Positions 1 to 11,949 of a stretch of DNA of 64,000 bases are shown here, one piece after another. Location of the stretch: assembly GCF_006345805.1 (NCBI RefSeq), contig NC_043002.1, positions 1,240,001 to 1,304,000 of the forward strand, read 5' to 3'. This DNA comes from Octopus sinensis. Lineage: Eukaryota. Position 1 is the stretch's first letter. Each line of letters opens with the position of its first letter. The position numbers were made by a program, and so were the translations under genes. The notes under the pieces were generated by a model, which worked only from the letters and a program-made list of their open reading frames with translations, had not been told where the DNA came from and made no database searches.

Positions 1-1033
1 ATTGTCATATACGAGAACATGTCCATATAAATCTTAGATTTTAGAAATAATCAGTTTTTGTAATTGTACATAGGAAATAAAACAGAATAAATTATACTTT
101 ATCGTCGCAAATGCATTGTGTAGTTTACTTTTTAGTCTGGGGTTTATTCTAACTCAACAGCATGCCAAGTAAAATTTATTATATTAACACTTTATCACGT
201 ACATTTCTCTGTACCTCGATGCTTATGTATAGTTTAATATTTTGGTGAATTTTGGATCAACGATACACAACGAGCAAAATAAACTATTTTCAGTAATGCA
301 CTTAAAGATAATAATACACAACCGTATTATTATTTTCAAAAATAGACTTGAAAATTGATTTATCTTATGTAAAATAATTCGCTACTTGGAAAGTTTCGTA
401 CTTTTTGTTTTGTATCTAATATCAAGAAAATCAAGTTACTGGAAAGAAACTGATATTTTGGAAATAAAAATGTGTCCAGTTAATTTATTTTCTTTAATAT
501 TTGTCAATAGCTATCAAAGTTTGGTGACCCAATTAGAGAATCTCTCGCTTCAGTGGATATGAAACACACTAGGTAACATAGGTCATAATTATTAATTTTA
601 TTCTAAAGTAAATCATAATTGATGCTTTGTCACAGACAAGAAATAAATTGCTTAAAGAAACTTTTCATCAATAAAATCTACACAAGTGTATTTTGTTTTG
701 AAATATAGGGTTATTAATTATGGAAGGGTAATAATGGTCGTTTCTCAGAATAGATGGCTGTTGTCATTGGAGCCGAACTAATTAGCTTCAGTAGTTTTAT
801 TGTTGCATTTTCTTGGTTCATTGCCCGGTTAATTTCTGACCGTGAAATTGTAAATAAATGAGAGTTTGATGGTGAATCAAACATAAGCTTAAAAGAAAAT
901 GTGATAAAAAAAAAAGTTATTTGCTATAAGAGTAATTAGATTGTTGCAGAATGGTGCAAGGAGTAATTCGCTTCTATTACGTAATCTCTTCAAATGCTGT
1001 TGAATTATTTGTGTTGGGCAGAAATACACTTAC

Positions 1034-1194
1034 GAAGGAGAAGAGCCATAAACAAGCGAAACCCCGACATCTTGTACTACATTTATTCTTTGCATTAAAT
1101 TCCAAGGCTGACATTGGTGAAATTTGAATTGATAATGAATAGGAACAAGGAACGAGGAATTCATAACCGTTTCGTCCATGTCATAATTAAATCT
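1034..1194 (-). CDS. Candidate internal coding exon, product unknown (RFNYDMDETVMNSSFLVPIHYQFKFHQCQPWNLMQRINVVQDVGVSLVYGSSPS)
   Basis: Open frame of 161 nt (phase 0 in, phase 2 out) between a T-rich acceptor ending tttcaaag and a gtaagt donor; non-repetitive peptide. No homology search was possible. Confidence 0.3.
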
Positions 1195-1464
1195 CTTTGA
1201 AATAATATTAATAAGAAAATAACTCAGCAATCTGCCTCAATGTCCCTTAGTTATAAACAAATAGTTAGAAAAAATTTAAAGTAACTGGAATATGTTTTAC
1301 CTCGAACTAATGATACGAGAAATTAAATTTCTAATCATGCTCGGTTAGTTTTACATCTCTAGATTTTCATTACTTAGTCAAGGAAGAAGGACATCAAGAA
1401 CTGCCCTTTAATTTTTCAGCACCTAATCTTAGAGCGGAGACTTGGCTTGTAACCTTGCAGCATT

Positions 1465-1487
1465 TCACACACACATACACACACACA

Positions 1488-1529
<42 letters not shown>

Positions 1530-1621
1530 TACACACACACACAAACAAACACACACACAAACACACACACACACACACACATGCACTAACACACACACAC
1601 ATACACACACACAAACAAACA

Positions 1622-1657
<36 letters not shown>

Positions 1658-1674
1658 CACATACACACACACAT
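1465..1674. repeat. (AC)n microsatellite with variant units
   Basis: Direct reading; explains the HT/CV ORFs at 1394-1780. Confidence 0.95.
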
Positions 1675-1949
1675 TCAGGTTTTATTTGTTTTGTGTTATC
1701 TAAAAATATATATACTACTTAATCCTCTACATAGCCTACTAACGTATTATGATATACAAATTAAGTCAACTATGTTATAGCCTGTTAAACCACGGCTGTA
1801 CACAGCATCATAAATTACCAGTTCCCTGGAAGCCAAAGAAGTAAAAAAGGACATGTTCCCCTCCGAAGCATGTATATCTGACGACTGTCATTTACTTTTC
1901 TCCTCACTTCGAGAAAAAGATCTTTCCACACACGGACGCAAACGCATGC

Positions 1950-2195
1950 GCACATAAGGATATATATCTTAGAAAAACAGAATGGAGTAAGTTGAGCAAG
2001 AGTACACACGAAAACGGAAAGTGTCGTTGAAGAGGTCACAGATGTTGGACGAAAGATTTCCGGACAATGGAGTTGAGTTAAAACGAAAAAAATAACAGTA
2101 ATAAACGAGTGAAGAATAAAGAACAAGTGAGTGTGTTTATTTGGCAAAAGAAGAAAAGGAAAAATGACCATCCCGAAATACAACAATATCTGTTT
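1950..2195 (+). mobile_element. Single-arm copy of the HHR-bearing fold-back repeat family (family A; cf. 43141-43545)
   Basis: Colinear similarity to 43350-43545 (…gaaagtgt…gaagaggtcacagatgt…gacgaaagattt…aacagtaataaacgagtgaagaa…gtgtgtttatttgg). Confidence 0.7.
2022..2066 (+). ncRNA. Type I hammerhead-like motif, family A (core UUGAAGA, degenerate)
   Basis: tgtcg-TTGAAGA-g-gtc…gac-GAAA-gattt-c-cggaca; stem I UGUCG/CG(G)ACA; stem II partly eroded; C3->U. Confidence 0.45.
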
Positions 2196-3836
2196 CAGCA
2201 CACGATTTCACATCTGGAGTCTTGCAACACAAATTGATAAACATTTCTCTTTACGGCGTATTTATTTTGAAAGATAAACTTGTAAACATATAAACCTTAA
2301 GTTCTTATGAAAACGAAATGGGTGAATAAACATTGAGCTGTAAAATACGGTTTATTTGAAACGGAATATTTGAGCAGATGATTATTATGAGATATTATAT
2401 AATATATCATTTTTATTTTTAGATATATAATAGATAATGAGACATCAATATTTTGATAACAAATAACTTGCTGTCACGATTTCTTTAATATTTTGTTTTA
2501 TTTTCTGACACTTTTGACAGAAATTACTTTAAATGCTCTAAATAAAATGTAACCATGAAAATATAATAGTCAGATAAAATGATGTTTTAATGATAAATCT
2601 ACATCTCCTCTGCAATCTATTTTATAGTCTTTTTGTTATTTTCAATGAGCTATATATGTCTTTATATGTCTATATATGTGTTGTATTATCTTTAAGAGTG
2701 TTTAAGGTTTATGTTTGTTTCTTCTGTGTATATTTAAATGCTGTTCGTGAAACGCATGATGTGTTTTTCTCTTCTGTTGCACCTCTACGATTATTTTCTT
2801 TTCTAAAAACAAAAAAACAAACTGTTGTGTATCTGTTTCTATTCGTGTTTATTTCTCTCTACATTCTGTCTATGTATGGTATCAAGTTTCTTGTGTGTTA
2901 TACTAAATTTAGCGGAAGAAAAAAAAAGACCCCCCCACCAGAAACGCTATAGAACTAAATTTGACTTTGATCCAGGTAAACAATATTTAATTATGTATAT
3001 GTGTGACTTTTAGGTATGTATGAAATATGATTTAATATCAACAAAACATTTTTAACTTCATATTTTGAAAACCAAAAACGAATTTACTGGTAATATCGGT
3101 CAGAGGGGAATCTTGTTGTTGTTGTTGTTGTTGTTAGATTTACACTGTGGCACATCACTAAACTAAATTTACTGTTAATATATTATACACAGTCAACCAT
3201 AAATACAATTCTTCATATATTTCCACTTATTCCTTTCTGTAATACGATGCCAATATTGTCCCCGGGGATTCTTTTATACCGAAAATTATTTCTCATCCTC
3301 TCCCCCGTTCCCATCTCTGTTAAATACGATAATCAAACTTGTCGACTAAAAGGTGAAAAAAGTGATTTCAACAATATTCTACAAAACAGCTCAAATGAAA
3401 TAAAAAGAGATGCAAACATTGTATTGAAACGATGTTATAAATAGACGTCATCGATGAGGTCGGCGATGTTAGAGGAGTTGTTGTTTCCAGCATCTTTATT
3501 GTAAACAATGGTGTGTTGGTGTGAATCGTGACAGGAGCAACTTGATGGATGACAGAAACAACAACAAAAAAAAGAAGTTAAAGCGTATTTGTTGGAAATG
3601 ATAAGTGTATTTTCTTTATTGCTCAGGGCATAACACTTTAGTTGATGTAATGAAATAAATGAAATTGACTTAAAAAAACAGCAACAATTTAAATTCAGTA
3701 AAATAAAAAAAAAGCATTTCAGTTAATTTGTGACAAAAATAGAAGAACTCAAGTTGAATTATTGAAACAAAGAATCGATAGAGAAATCCATGTATTACAT
3801 GGTGCTAGACATATGTTATGTCTTTGTGAACAATAG

Positions 3837-3972
3837 AATTATCGGTTGGAAGTTTGCACGGACCAATCAGCGGTTCGTTGTGGTGTTTGTGGCGAGAATT
3901 ACAAAGTAGGAGCACTAATTTGCTCGATCTCAGATGCATCTCTAAAACATCGTTTTTTTTTTCTGATGACCG
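3837..3972 (+). CDS. Candidate Cys-rich exon (NYRLEVCTDQSAVRCGVCGENYKVGALICSISDASLKHRFFFLMT)
   Basis: caatag acceptor, ACCG|gtattt donor, 136-nt open frame with a CxxC motif; a second frame is also open, so the reading is ambiguous. Confidence 0.2.
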
Positions 3973-3980
3973 GTATTTAT

Positions 3981-4937
3981 ACTGACTGACTGACTCACTC
4001 ACTCACTCAGTCACTTATTCACTCACTCACTCACTCACTCACTCACTCACTCATTTACTCACTCACTCACTCACTCACTCACTCACTCATTCACTCACTC
4101 ACTCATTCACTCACTCACTCACTCACTCACTCACTCACTCATTCTTTCACTCACTCATTCACTCACTCATTCACTCACTCACTCATTCACTCACTCACTC
4201 ACTCACTCACTCACTCACTCACTCATTCTTTCACTCATTCACTCACTCATTCATTCACTCACTCACTCACTCACTCATTCACTCACTCACTCACTCACTC
4301 ACTCACTCACTCATTCTTTCACTCACTCATTCACTCACTCATTCACTCACTCACTCATTCACTCACTCACTCACTCACTCACTCACTCACTCATTCTTTC
4401 ACTCACTCATTCACTCACTCATTCACTCACTCACTCATTCACTCACTCACTCACTCACTCACTCACTCACTCACTCATTCTTTCACTCATTCACTCACTC
4501 ATTCATTCACTCACTCACTCACTCACTCATTCACTCACTCACTCACTCACTCACTCACTCACTCATTCTTTCACTCACTCATTCACTCACTCATTCACTC
4601 ACTCACTCATTCACTCACTCACTCACTCACTCACTCACTCATTCTTTCACTCATTCACTCACTCATTCATTCACTCACTCACTCATTCTTTCACTCACTC
4701 ATTCACTCACTCATTCACTCACTCACTCATTCACTCACTCACTCACTCACTCACTCACTCACTCACTCATTCACTCACTCATTCACTCACTCATTCACTC
4801 ACTCACTCACTCACTCACTCATTCACTCACTCATTCACTCACTCACTCATTCACTCACTCACTCACTCACTCATTCTTTCACTCACTCATTCACTCACTC
4901 ACTAATTCACTCACTCACTCACTCACTCACTCACTCA
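3981..4937. repeat. ~950-bp (ACTC)n tetranucleotide array with recurring ATTC / ATTCTTTC variants
   Basis: Direct reading. Confidence 0.97.
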
Positions 4938-4943
4938 CACACG

Positions 4944-4981
<38 letters not shown>

Positions 4982-5094
4982 TTCATAGATATATGAATTA
5001 ATCTTATTCCAACGTAGCCAGATTTTCGTGTGTATATTTTTATTTTTCGATTTCAAAAGTGTTTCCCTCGCGACTAAACCTGACAGCGTATCAT

Positions 5095-6075
5095 ATAAAG
5101 GCCACGAAAATTCGACGAGGTATCGCCTTCTATGACTTTTAATCCAATTTTTTAATTTCCGATATTTGTGAATCTTATGGAATATTCGTGTAGAAGCTCA
5201 CTACAACAAAACTAACCAACAATGAATTCGGTTCACTTGATTTGGGTAGATGAGACAAGAAATAGACGTTATCCCGAACGGAAGTTAGTATAGAGATGTG
5301 CAGTGCTTTCAAACTAATGTCATTAAAATTATTTAGAAGATCAGAAGGACAGCTGGGATCATTTAGGATTGGTCTCAGGTTTAGATATTCTTGTTGTAGC
5401 AATTCACATATTCTCTACTTTGTTCTTTCATTGCGGTTTCAATTTACTTTTGACGTACATATTTTTGGCAGATCGTAATAGTTGCTAGATGTTGGTTCAA
5501 AATTGGCAAGACAGTCACTTTCGTTTGTGGTCGGTGAATTAAAATGTTTAGAAACCAGATCATGGAGCTGCTTCGTAATGCTATTTCTGCGGAGAAAGCT
5601 GTATTGAGAGATACAGCTTTGTTTGCTAAACCTCGATGATATTCAGCATCCATTACTGTAATAGCACCACCTTTATATACCAGTTTTATGAATTGCTTCA
5701 TCGTTCTGAAGTCATTTAAATGCAGATTTGGAAATGTTTCGTCTGACAGTATTGTCTGATACTTCCTGTGAAAATTTGGTAAGGAGTTTAATATGTTAGT
5801 TTCAAGAATACTTCTTCCTTCTACTGGGTTGAATTTTGATTTATTCCGTGTCAAAAAGTTATCATTCTCACTCACTTTATCGATGAAAATCTCAACTAAT
5901 CGTTTCTTTAGACAAAATATTTAGCTTTTCACTTCTAGTTCTTGAAGTGATTCTTGATGTATGTGAAAATTTCAGTCCTTTTGCCAAAAGTTGAAATTCA
6001 GGATCATTCAAATTTCTTTTTGATAAAATCCAGGATCCATCATGAAATTGTTTCAAAAAACCCTTCCCCACCACC
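5095..6075 (-). mobile_element. Penelope-like retroelement fragment (N-terminal region and start of RT), frameshifted
   Basis: Translations LSKRNLNDPEFQLLAKGLKFS, FIKLVYKGGAITVMD (cf. KPADKGGAVVVMD) and RPIL…LLVSFVVVSFYTNIP (cf. LVSFDVxSLYTNIP) are characteristic of PLE RT proteins. Confidence 0.75.
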
Positions 6076-6901
6076 CTTTATTTTTACCTTTTTAGCACTT
6101 GTTATACAATTGTGAAAAACTAATTCTTCTTTGTTTGCTTAATATTTCTGTCGTTGATTTTTTTTGTTGAACTTTGTATTCTGTACATAATGCTCTACAT
6201 TATTTCACCGTGTTCTCTGTCTAGTTTCAGGTATTGACTATATCGCTTGTCCTTTAATTACTATTTTTAATTAACTGAAATAACAATCTAGAATCTTCGA
6301 AATTATCGACTTTATTTCTTTCTCTCTAAATTTTGATTTTCTACTGGTTGAATGAGTATGATTTCGAAAATACTTTTGATTTCAGTTATGCCACTTCTTA
6401 CGTGTTTTAAGATATTTCCTTATATTTTTTAGCATATAACTTAATTCACAACATATTTCTAAAGAAACAAGTAGTATTGTTTCTACAAAAGCCTTGGTTT
6501 ACTTTCTTCTTTTGAAATGGGTCTAATCTTGATGTAATATTCTAAGTGTTGTCTCACTTCGACTCTGCAACAATATCACTTAGCCACAGTTATTGTTATT
6601 CTGTAAGTATTCATCGAGATACTGTTATTGTTCCTAGAATCTCCCTGAAGGTTGTAGTAAAATATAAAAGGGCTCGCGAAAAGACAAAACTAAAAGATAG
6701 AAAGCAAAAGTCTGCTTATGTCGGAATATGACTGACTAATTTGTAATCTCATAAACTGTGAACCACCATAGGCAGCCTTCGATTTTTCCTTCCAGAAGGG
6801 TTTTGCAAAGCAATATTTACATACTATATTATTATTTATAGCTTTATGTGCTTCGAGATCCACTGCACCAAAATTACTTAACGTGAGTCTATAATTCTTG
6901 T

Positions 6902-6976
<75 letters not shown>

Positions 6977-6979
6977 CTG

Positions 6980-7200
6980 ATATCCAGCGCTGATGATGGG
7001 AAAATAATCCGAAACTGGACGGTCTTCTGGTCCTGTGAAGTCCCTAGAAGATGGTAGTGGTTCGCTCCTCTGCTTGCAATATATGTCGAGTGCAAATTGC
7101 TTCGATAACCGGCTAGAGAAAGCTTCTTGTTGGAGTTTAAAATGGTAGTAACGTCGGTTCGTACGGAACAACCACGTTGGAGTGGCGACAAACATTAATT
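6980..7200 (-). mobile_element. Probable Helitron Rep N-terminal fragment
   Basis: SRLSKQFALDIYCKQRSEPL resembles the Helitron motif RLFQQFAVDMYxKIESERL; followed after a frameshift by QDQK (cf. NQKKL). Confidence 0.45.
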
Positions 7201-8016
7201 ATATGTCATAATCGATTAATAAAATAGATGTACTTGGTATTAGTATTTCTTTCCGTACGATGATCGTGTCAGCAAGTGTAGTATCTCTCCTTCTCAATAA
7301 ACTTAATACAATCTAATCCGAACTTAACAGGCCTCACCCTATCTATATTACTTTTTCTTGTATATCCTCCTTTCGTTCTATAATTTATACGTTTATATTA
7401 ACAATTATTTACAATTATTTGTTATTTAATATAAAGAAAATCGTGGCAAAACCCCATTCCCAAACGATGCGGGAAATACCAACATGAACGCCTGAACTCA
7501 ATATTTTTAGCGGGACACCACTTCATGTATGCATGTGTTTGACGTGATCCAGAATGCAAAATTGAAACAACACAATATGATGCACATCAACCCACCCATA
7601 AAGGACAGACGCAGGATGGGTCGCAATGATCTACGTACGGAATAAAGACCAATACCAAAACCTCTTCTGTTTCATTAATCGATTATTATCTCAGCTAACA
7701 CTGCTGAGTTCCTGAAGTAGATCCCACAGAAATATACCCCAACTGCGGATGATACCAGGGGATCCAAACCGTGCTAGTGCTTTACTCAATGCACACTAAT
7801 TGACATATACCCATCAGTCCCAAAATTACTTACTTATATATGTATATAGGAAGTGAATGCGCACGAAATACGTTCTTTGCTAGAAATAGCAGCCGACAAG
7901 TTATGGGTGCTATGTAGAACTTCGCTGCATGTTCAACAGGAAGAGATGTCTGCAGGCGGTGAATAGAGGAAAATTCTGTCTAACCTCTACGAAGACTGTT
8001 AGGAGAATAAAATATA

Positions 8017-8092
8017 ATCCAAGACTGCAGTTTCTAACTCTTCAGATCACGTGTCTATATGCACGAATATGATTGGTTCTCATCAGTGGGAT
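8017..8092 (-). ncRNA. Type I hammerhead-like motif with long stem II (degenerate)
   Basis: Minus strand: atccca-CTGATGA-gaac…gtta-GAAA-c-tgca-g-TC-ttggat. Stem I 5/6 bp; palindromic stem III ACUGCAGU; stem II extended by atca/tgat and cgtg/cacg; position 11.1 is A rather than C. Confidence 0.55.
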
Positions 8093-8265
8093 GTGCCGTA
8101 ACGACTAAAATTTCAAAATATTCACTCCATCTCCACCTGTTTACTCGGTTGAAAAGATATGCAAGACACATAAATATTATCGAAAATTATTATTTTTACT
8201 AATATTTACATCTCTTGTATATGTATATGTATATATATATGTGTGTGTGTGTGTTTATGTGTGCG

Positions 8266-8323
<58 letters not shown>

Positions 8324-8347
8324 ATATATATAATATATATATATATA

Positions 8348-9003
8348 TAAGTAAATAAATGGCACAACGAAGCACCGATATTTACTGGAAAATAGCGAAC
8401 GTAATAAATACGACGCTAATGTATAGCTTCACTGCGTATGTACTTGTAAAGATGCGTGTGTGCAACAAACATGAAAAAAATTGTCTTACCTCTTACTTTT
8501 ATATGTATAATTTTACCCTCACGGGCTATCCTTTACTGGAAAGCAATACTCTCGTATTGCATTACTATTTTCATTGAAACCTCTTCACTGTTCTCGTTCT
8601 GTTAACGTTTTGGCGTTCAGACGAGTGTACTGGCATAGATGTGGCAACATTTGAAATGTTGTCAAGGTATATGCAGCTGATGAAGACAAATCAAATATAC
8701 GTTGGCAAACGTATTTTGAAGAGTCTGAAACCGGTCCTGCATTATCCGTTTCTAGGTTTTTCATTTTTCAGATGTTCTTCCAAGAGGTAAGACAATTTGT
8801 TTCATGTTTGTTGCACACACGCATCTTTACAAGTACATACGCAGTGAAGCTATACATTAGCGTCGTATTTAATACGTTCGCTATTTTCCAGTAAATATCG
8901 GTGCTTCGTTGTGCCATTTATTTACTTTTATATGTATAATTTTACCCTCACGGGCTATCCTTTACTGGAAGGCAATACTCTCGTATTGCATTACTATTTT
9001 CAT
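8348..9003 (+). mobile_element. Non-coding retrozyme/pseudo-LTR-like element: inverted 5' segment plus 1.2 tandem copies of a 429-nt unit containing one HHR
   Basis: ~8350-8492 is the reverse complement of ~8782-8924; ~82-bp direct repeat at 8493-8574 and 8922-9003 (one substitution); flanked by (AT)n on both sides. Confidence 0.75.
8671..8742 (+). ncRNA. Type I hammerhead ribozyme, intact core
   Basis: atgcag-CTGATGA-agac…gtct-GAAA-c-cg-g-TC-ctgcat. 6-bp stem I; stem II agac/gtct extended by tcaaa/tttga and atacgtt/aacgtat with a GGCA tetraloop; palindromic ACCGGU stem III; predicted cleavage after C8736. Confidence 0.85.
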
Positions 9004-9070
9004 ATATATATATATATACACACACACACGCACACACACACATATATATATATATACACACACACACACA

Positions 9071-9101
<31 letters not shown>

Positions 9102-9904
9102 CATATATATATAAAGAGAGAGAGAGAGAGAGAGAGCATCTCCTAGAGACATGCTTTAGTAGACAGACAACACATGTGACTTGATATGATATATTTACAT
9201 CGCGACGCAATTCTTAACTACCTCCATCTGCATCTTTGATTAGTTTCAATGAATGTTTACCTTATTTTATTCACTCTTTCGTTTCCACCAGAATTTAATG
9301 AAATACCTGATGATAAAAGATAATTGATTTCATGTGGTTTCTATAAACTTACAGAACAACATGATATATTATTTGTGTACATAAACTTTCGAGTATTTAT
9401 ATATTAAGAAATAATACATTAGGAAGATTTTAGCTAATTAAAAAAAATATATACATAACGCAAATGATTGTTACATAAAGCAATATATCATGAAATGTAC
9501 TTCGAAATCTGTATAAAATGGATTGTTTAATATATTGAAAACTCAACGGGAATTTATATAAAATCCACTTGACAGCTATTAGATGTTCTAATGAACATTT
9601 TTCCTATTTATATTTATTAATTCTATATATTTAGTTTTGAACAATAGCATTTCTAAATCCATTAAAGTTTCAGAACATTCACGCATGAAACGATGACAGC
9701 CACACCATATTGTTCGTGCGATTTGCGGTCTGTTGCAAAGGAACATAGGAATAAGGAGTGATAAATTCATTTTCCAGTTTGAAATTGTTCAACGATTAAT
9801 TCCTACTCCATGTTTTATGTTACGTCTGCTATATCTGTGTATTTATTCCTAGTTTCTGGTTTGCCACACACACCCACATATACGTACTTATGTACATACT
9901 TACT

Positions 9905-10328
9905 AACAATAACTCTGAGCACCTTTTCAAACTCCACCTGTCTAACACCCGTGGACATGTATACAAAGTCAGAAAACAGCACAGCTCCCATGACTTTCAG
10001 AAACATTTTTTCACGCTAAGAGTTGCTGAGGCATGGAACAAACTGCCGGCATCAGTTGTTAGTTGTCGGAGCACTGCATCCTTCAAAACTTCCATGCTTC
10101 CTGAGATTCGCCAACACTACACCTGATTTTCTCCCCTCCATACACACACAAGCATGTATCTGACTCATACACTGCTCAGTTTCCAGACATTTGTACATTA
10201 CTGCATATACTTTATACGCACTTTTGACAAGTTGTGGTGCACCTGAGCACTGTATACAATAATTTCATCATCATCATCATCATCATCATTATTACTATTA
10301 TTATTATCATTATTATTATTATTATTAT
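9905..10328 (+). mobile_element. CR1-clade LINE 3' end with (ATC)/(ATT)n tail
   Basis: TRGHVYKVRKQ…HFFTLRVAEAWNKLPASVV…SFK is the typical CR1/L2 ORF2 C-terminus, followed by a 3' UTR and simple-repeat tail. Confidence 0.85.
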
Positions 10329-11306
10329 ACACTCAAACACGCACACATAAATTTATTATATATTACATTTGTAAGCAGAGAGTACAACCGAACATTTAAT
10401 TAATATATATTTAGTCTCGCTGTAAGAAGATACATTGTGGTTACCACATGGCTCCTAACATGTAGGACAGTAGGTTGGAGTGACTAGTTTTGACTTTCGT
10501 TAAAACTTAACCAGAAGAGATGAATGGATGAACAAAGGATGCGTAACTTGTTCAACCCGAGAGTTTTATTTTGGCAGCAGGGCAACATATATATTTAGTA
10601 AGCAGAATCATTTAAGCCTCCTTGCAAATTTCATCTCATGGACGCTGTCTCGGTGCCCCAGTTGCTTAATGTGCTAACTTTATACCGCTGTGTAAATGTG
10701 ATCAGCTTTGCTTCTTTGTGATTTATTTTCCATAAGTAGTGTTACTATATAATGCACGAAAAGAAAACATCTTAGTAACTAAACTTACAGGGTCATGAGA
10801 GAACAGTTTTGGCATTAGTCAGCAAACGGAAAAAAAAGGGCAAATACCAGGGCTTATTGTCGAAAAATAGCCGTTGAAGTCGGCTGTTGCATTTCCCATA
10901 CAACATCAACGCATTGCGGAAGATCGGTTTGAAACCTAAACAAGTAGTTAGCGAAGTACTTGTGACTCTGATTTGATGATAAAGACGTTATTTATTTAAT
11001 CTAACGATTTCACCTAGCGAATATTATTTTATTTGCTAAACTAAAATCAGAAACCAATTGGTCCACGAAACTAGATGGTAAAGGTTTCTATTTTTTCATT
11101 TCGTTCCTCTCGGGATTTTATCCCTAGTTTTGTGGTTTTGGAACCTAGCTGTTCTTTCTAGCATGATGAATCCCATGAGTGGATTCCTGGTGCGTTTAAA
11201 TGTACTCTGTATTTTATGAGTAATACATAGACTTTGGACTAAATTTTTACACGCTAAGACCACTGGAAGTGAAAATTTCTATTCATTTCCATTTCCCTTC
11301 GATATG

Positions 11307-11409
<103 letters not shown>

Positions 11410-11479
11410 TATATATAGGAAAAATCGAAGGGGAAAATGCACTGAGAGTAGTTAAAATATTTTTCATTAATACATTTAA

Positions 11480-11522
11480 AGCTTTAACCGGTTTCACAGT
11501 TTACACTGATTTTCAAAAAGTT
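11480..11522 (-). ncRNA. Hammerhead-like motif, U3-A8 core variant
   Basis: Minus: aacttt-TTGAAAA-t-cagt-gtaa-actg-t-GAAA-c-cg-g-TT-aaagct; stem II cagt/actg with GUAA loop; U-U at 10.1/11.1; H17 = U. Confidence 0.5.
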
Positions 11523-11732
11523 CAGATAGAAAGACGTGGCTTATGTCGCAGTTGTCTTGCCTCTGACAAGTGTTTGAAGCTTGCACTGTTTTTATAGGGT
11601 GTTCATGGCTTAGATTAGTATATGTTTTGAAACATACAAATCTGAGCCATGAACACCCTATAAAGACAGTGCAAGCTTCAAACACTTGTCAGAAGCAAGA
11701 CAGCTGCGACATAAGCCACGTCTTTCTATTTG

Positions 11733-11775
11733 AGCTTTTTGAAAATCAGTGTAAACTATGAAACCGGTTAAGGCT
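11733..11775 (+). ncRNA. Hammerhead-like motif, U3-A8 core variant (mirror copy)
   Basis: agcttt-TTGAAAA-tcagtgtaaactat-GAAA-ccgg-TT-aaggct; 6-bp stem I including one G-U; one stem II substitution. Confidence 0.5.
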
Positions 11776-11915
11776 TCTAATGTATTCTTTTCTGCTCTAG
11801 GCGCAAGGCCCGAAGCTTCAAATATATTATTAATAAAACTTTTAAAACTATTCTCGCATTTTAAACTTCTATGTTTTGTATATTTCTTAGTGTGTGGAAT
11901 AAAATAACCTTGTTT

Positions 11916-11949
<34 letters not shown>

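Larger units (their letters stand above)
11468..11786. mobile_element. Near-perfect ~320-bp palindrome (arms ~158 bp, almost no spacer) with an HHR-like motif near each end
   Basis: The two identical-looking ORFs at 11494-11685(-) and 11570-11761(+) reflect the palindrome; centre at atgttt-tg-aaacat (~11623-11636). Confidence 0.9.

Noticed and set aside
511-860. Short plus-strand exon-like segments (LSKFGDPIRESLASVDMKHT; MAVVIGAELISFSSFIVAFSWFIARL)
   Set aside because: Phases do not join consistently and they conflict with minus-strand candidates; such short AG…GT frames are common by chance.
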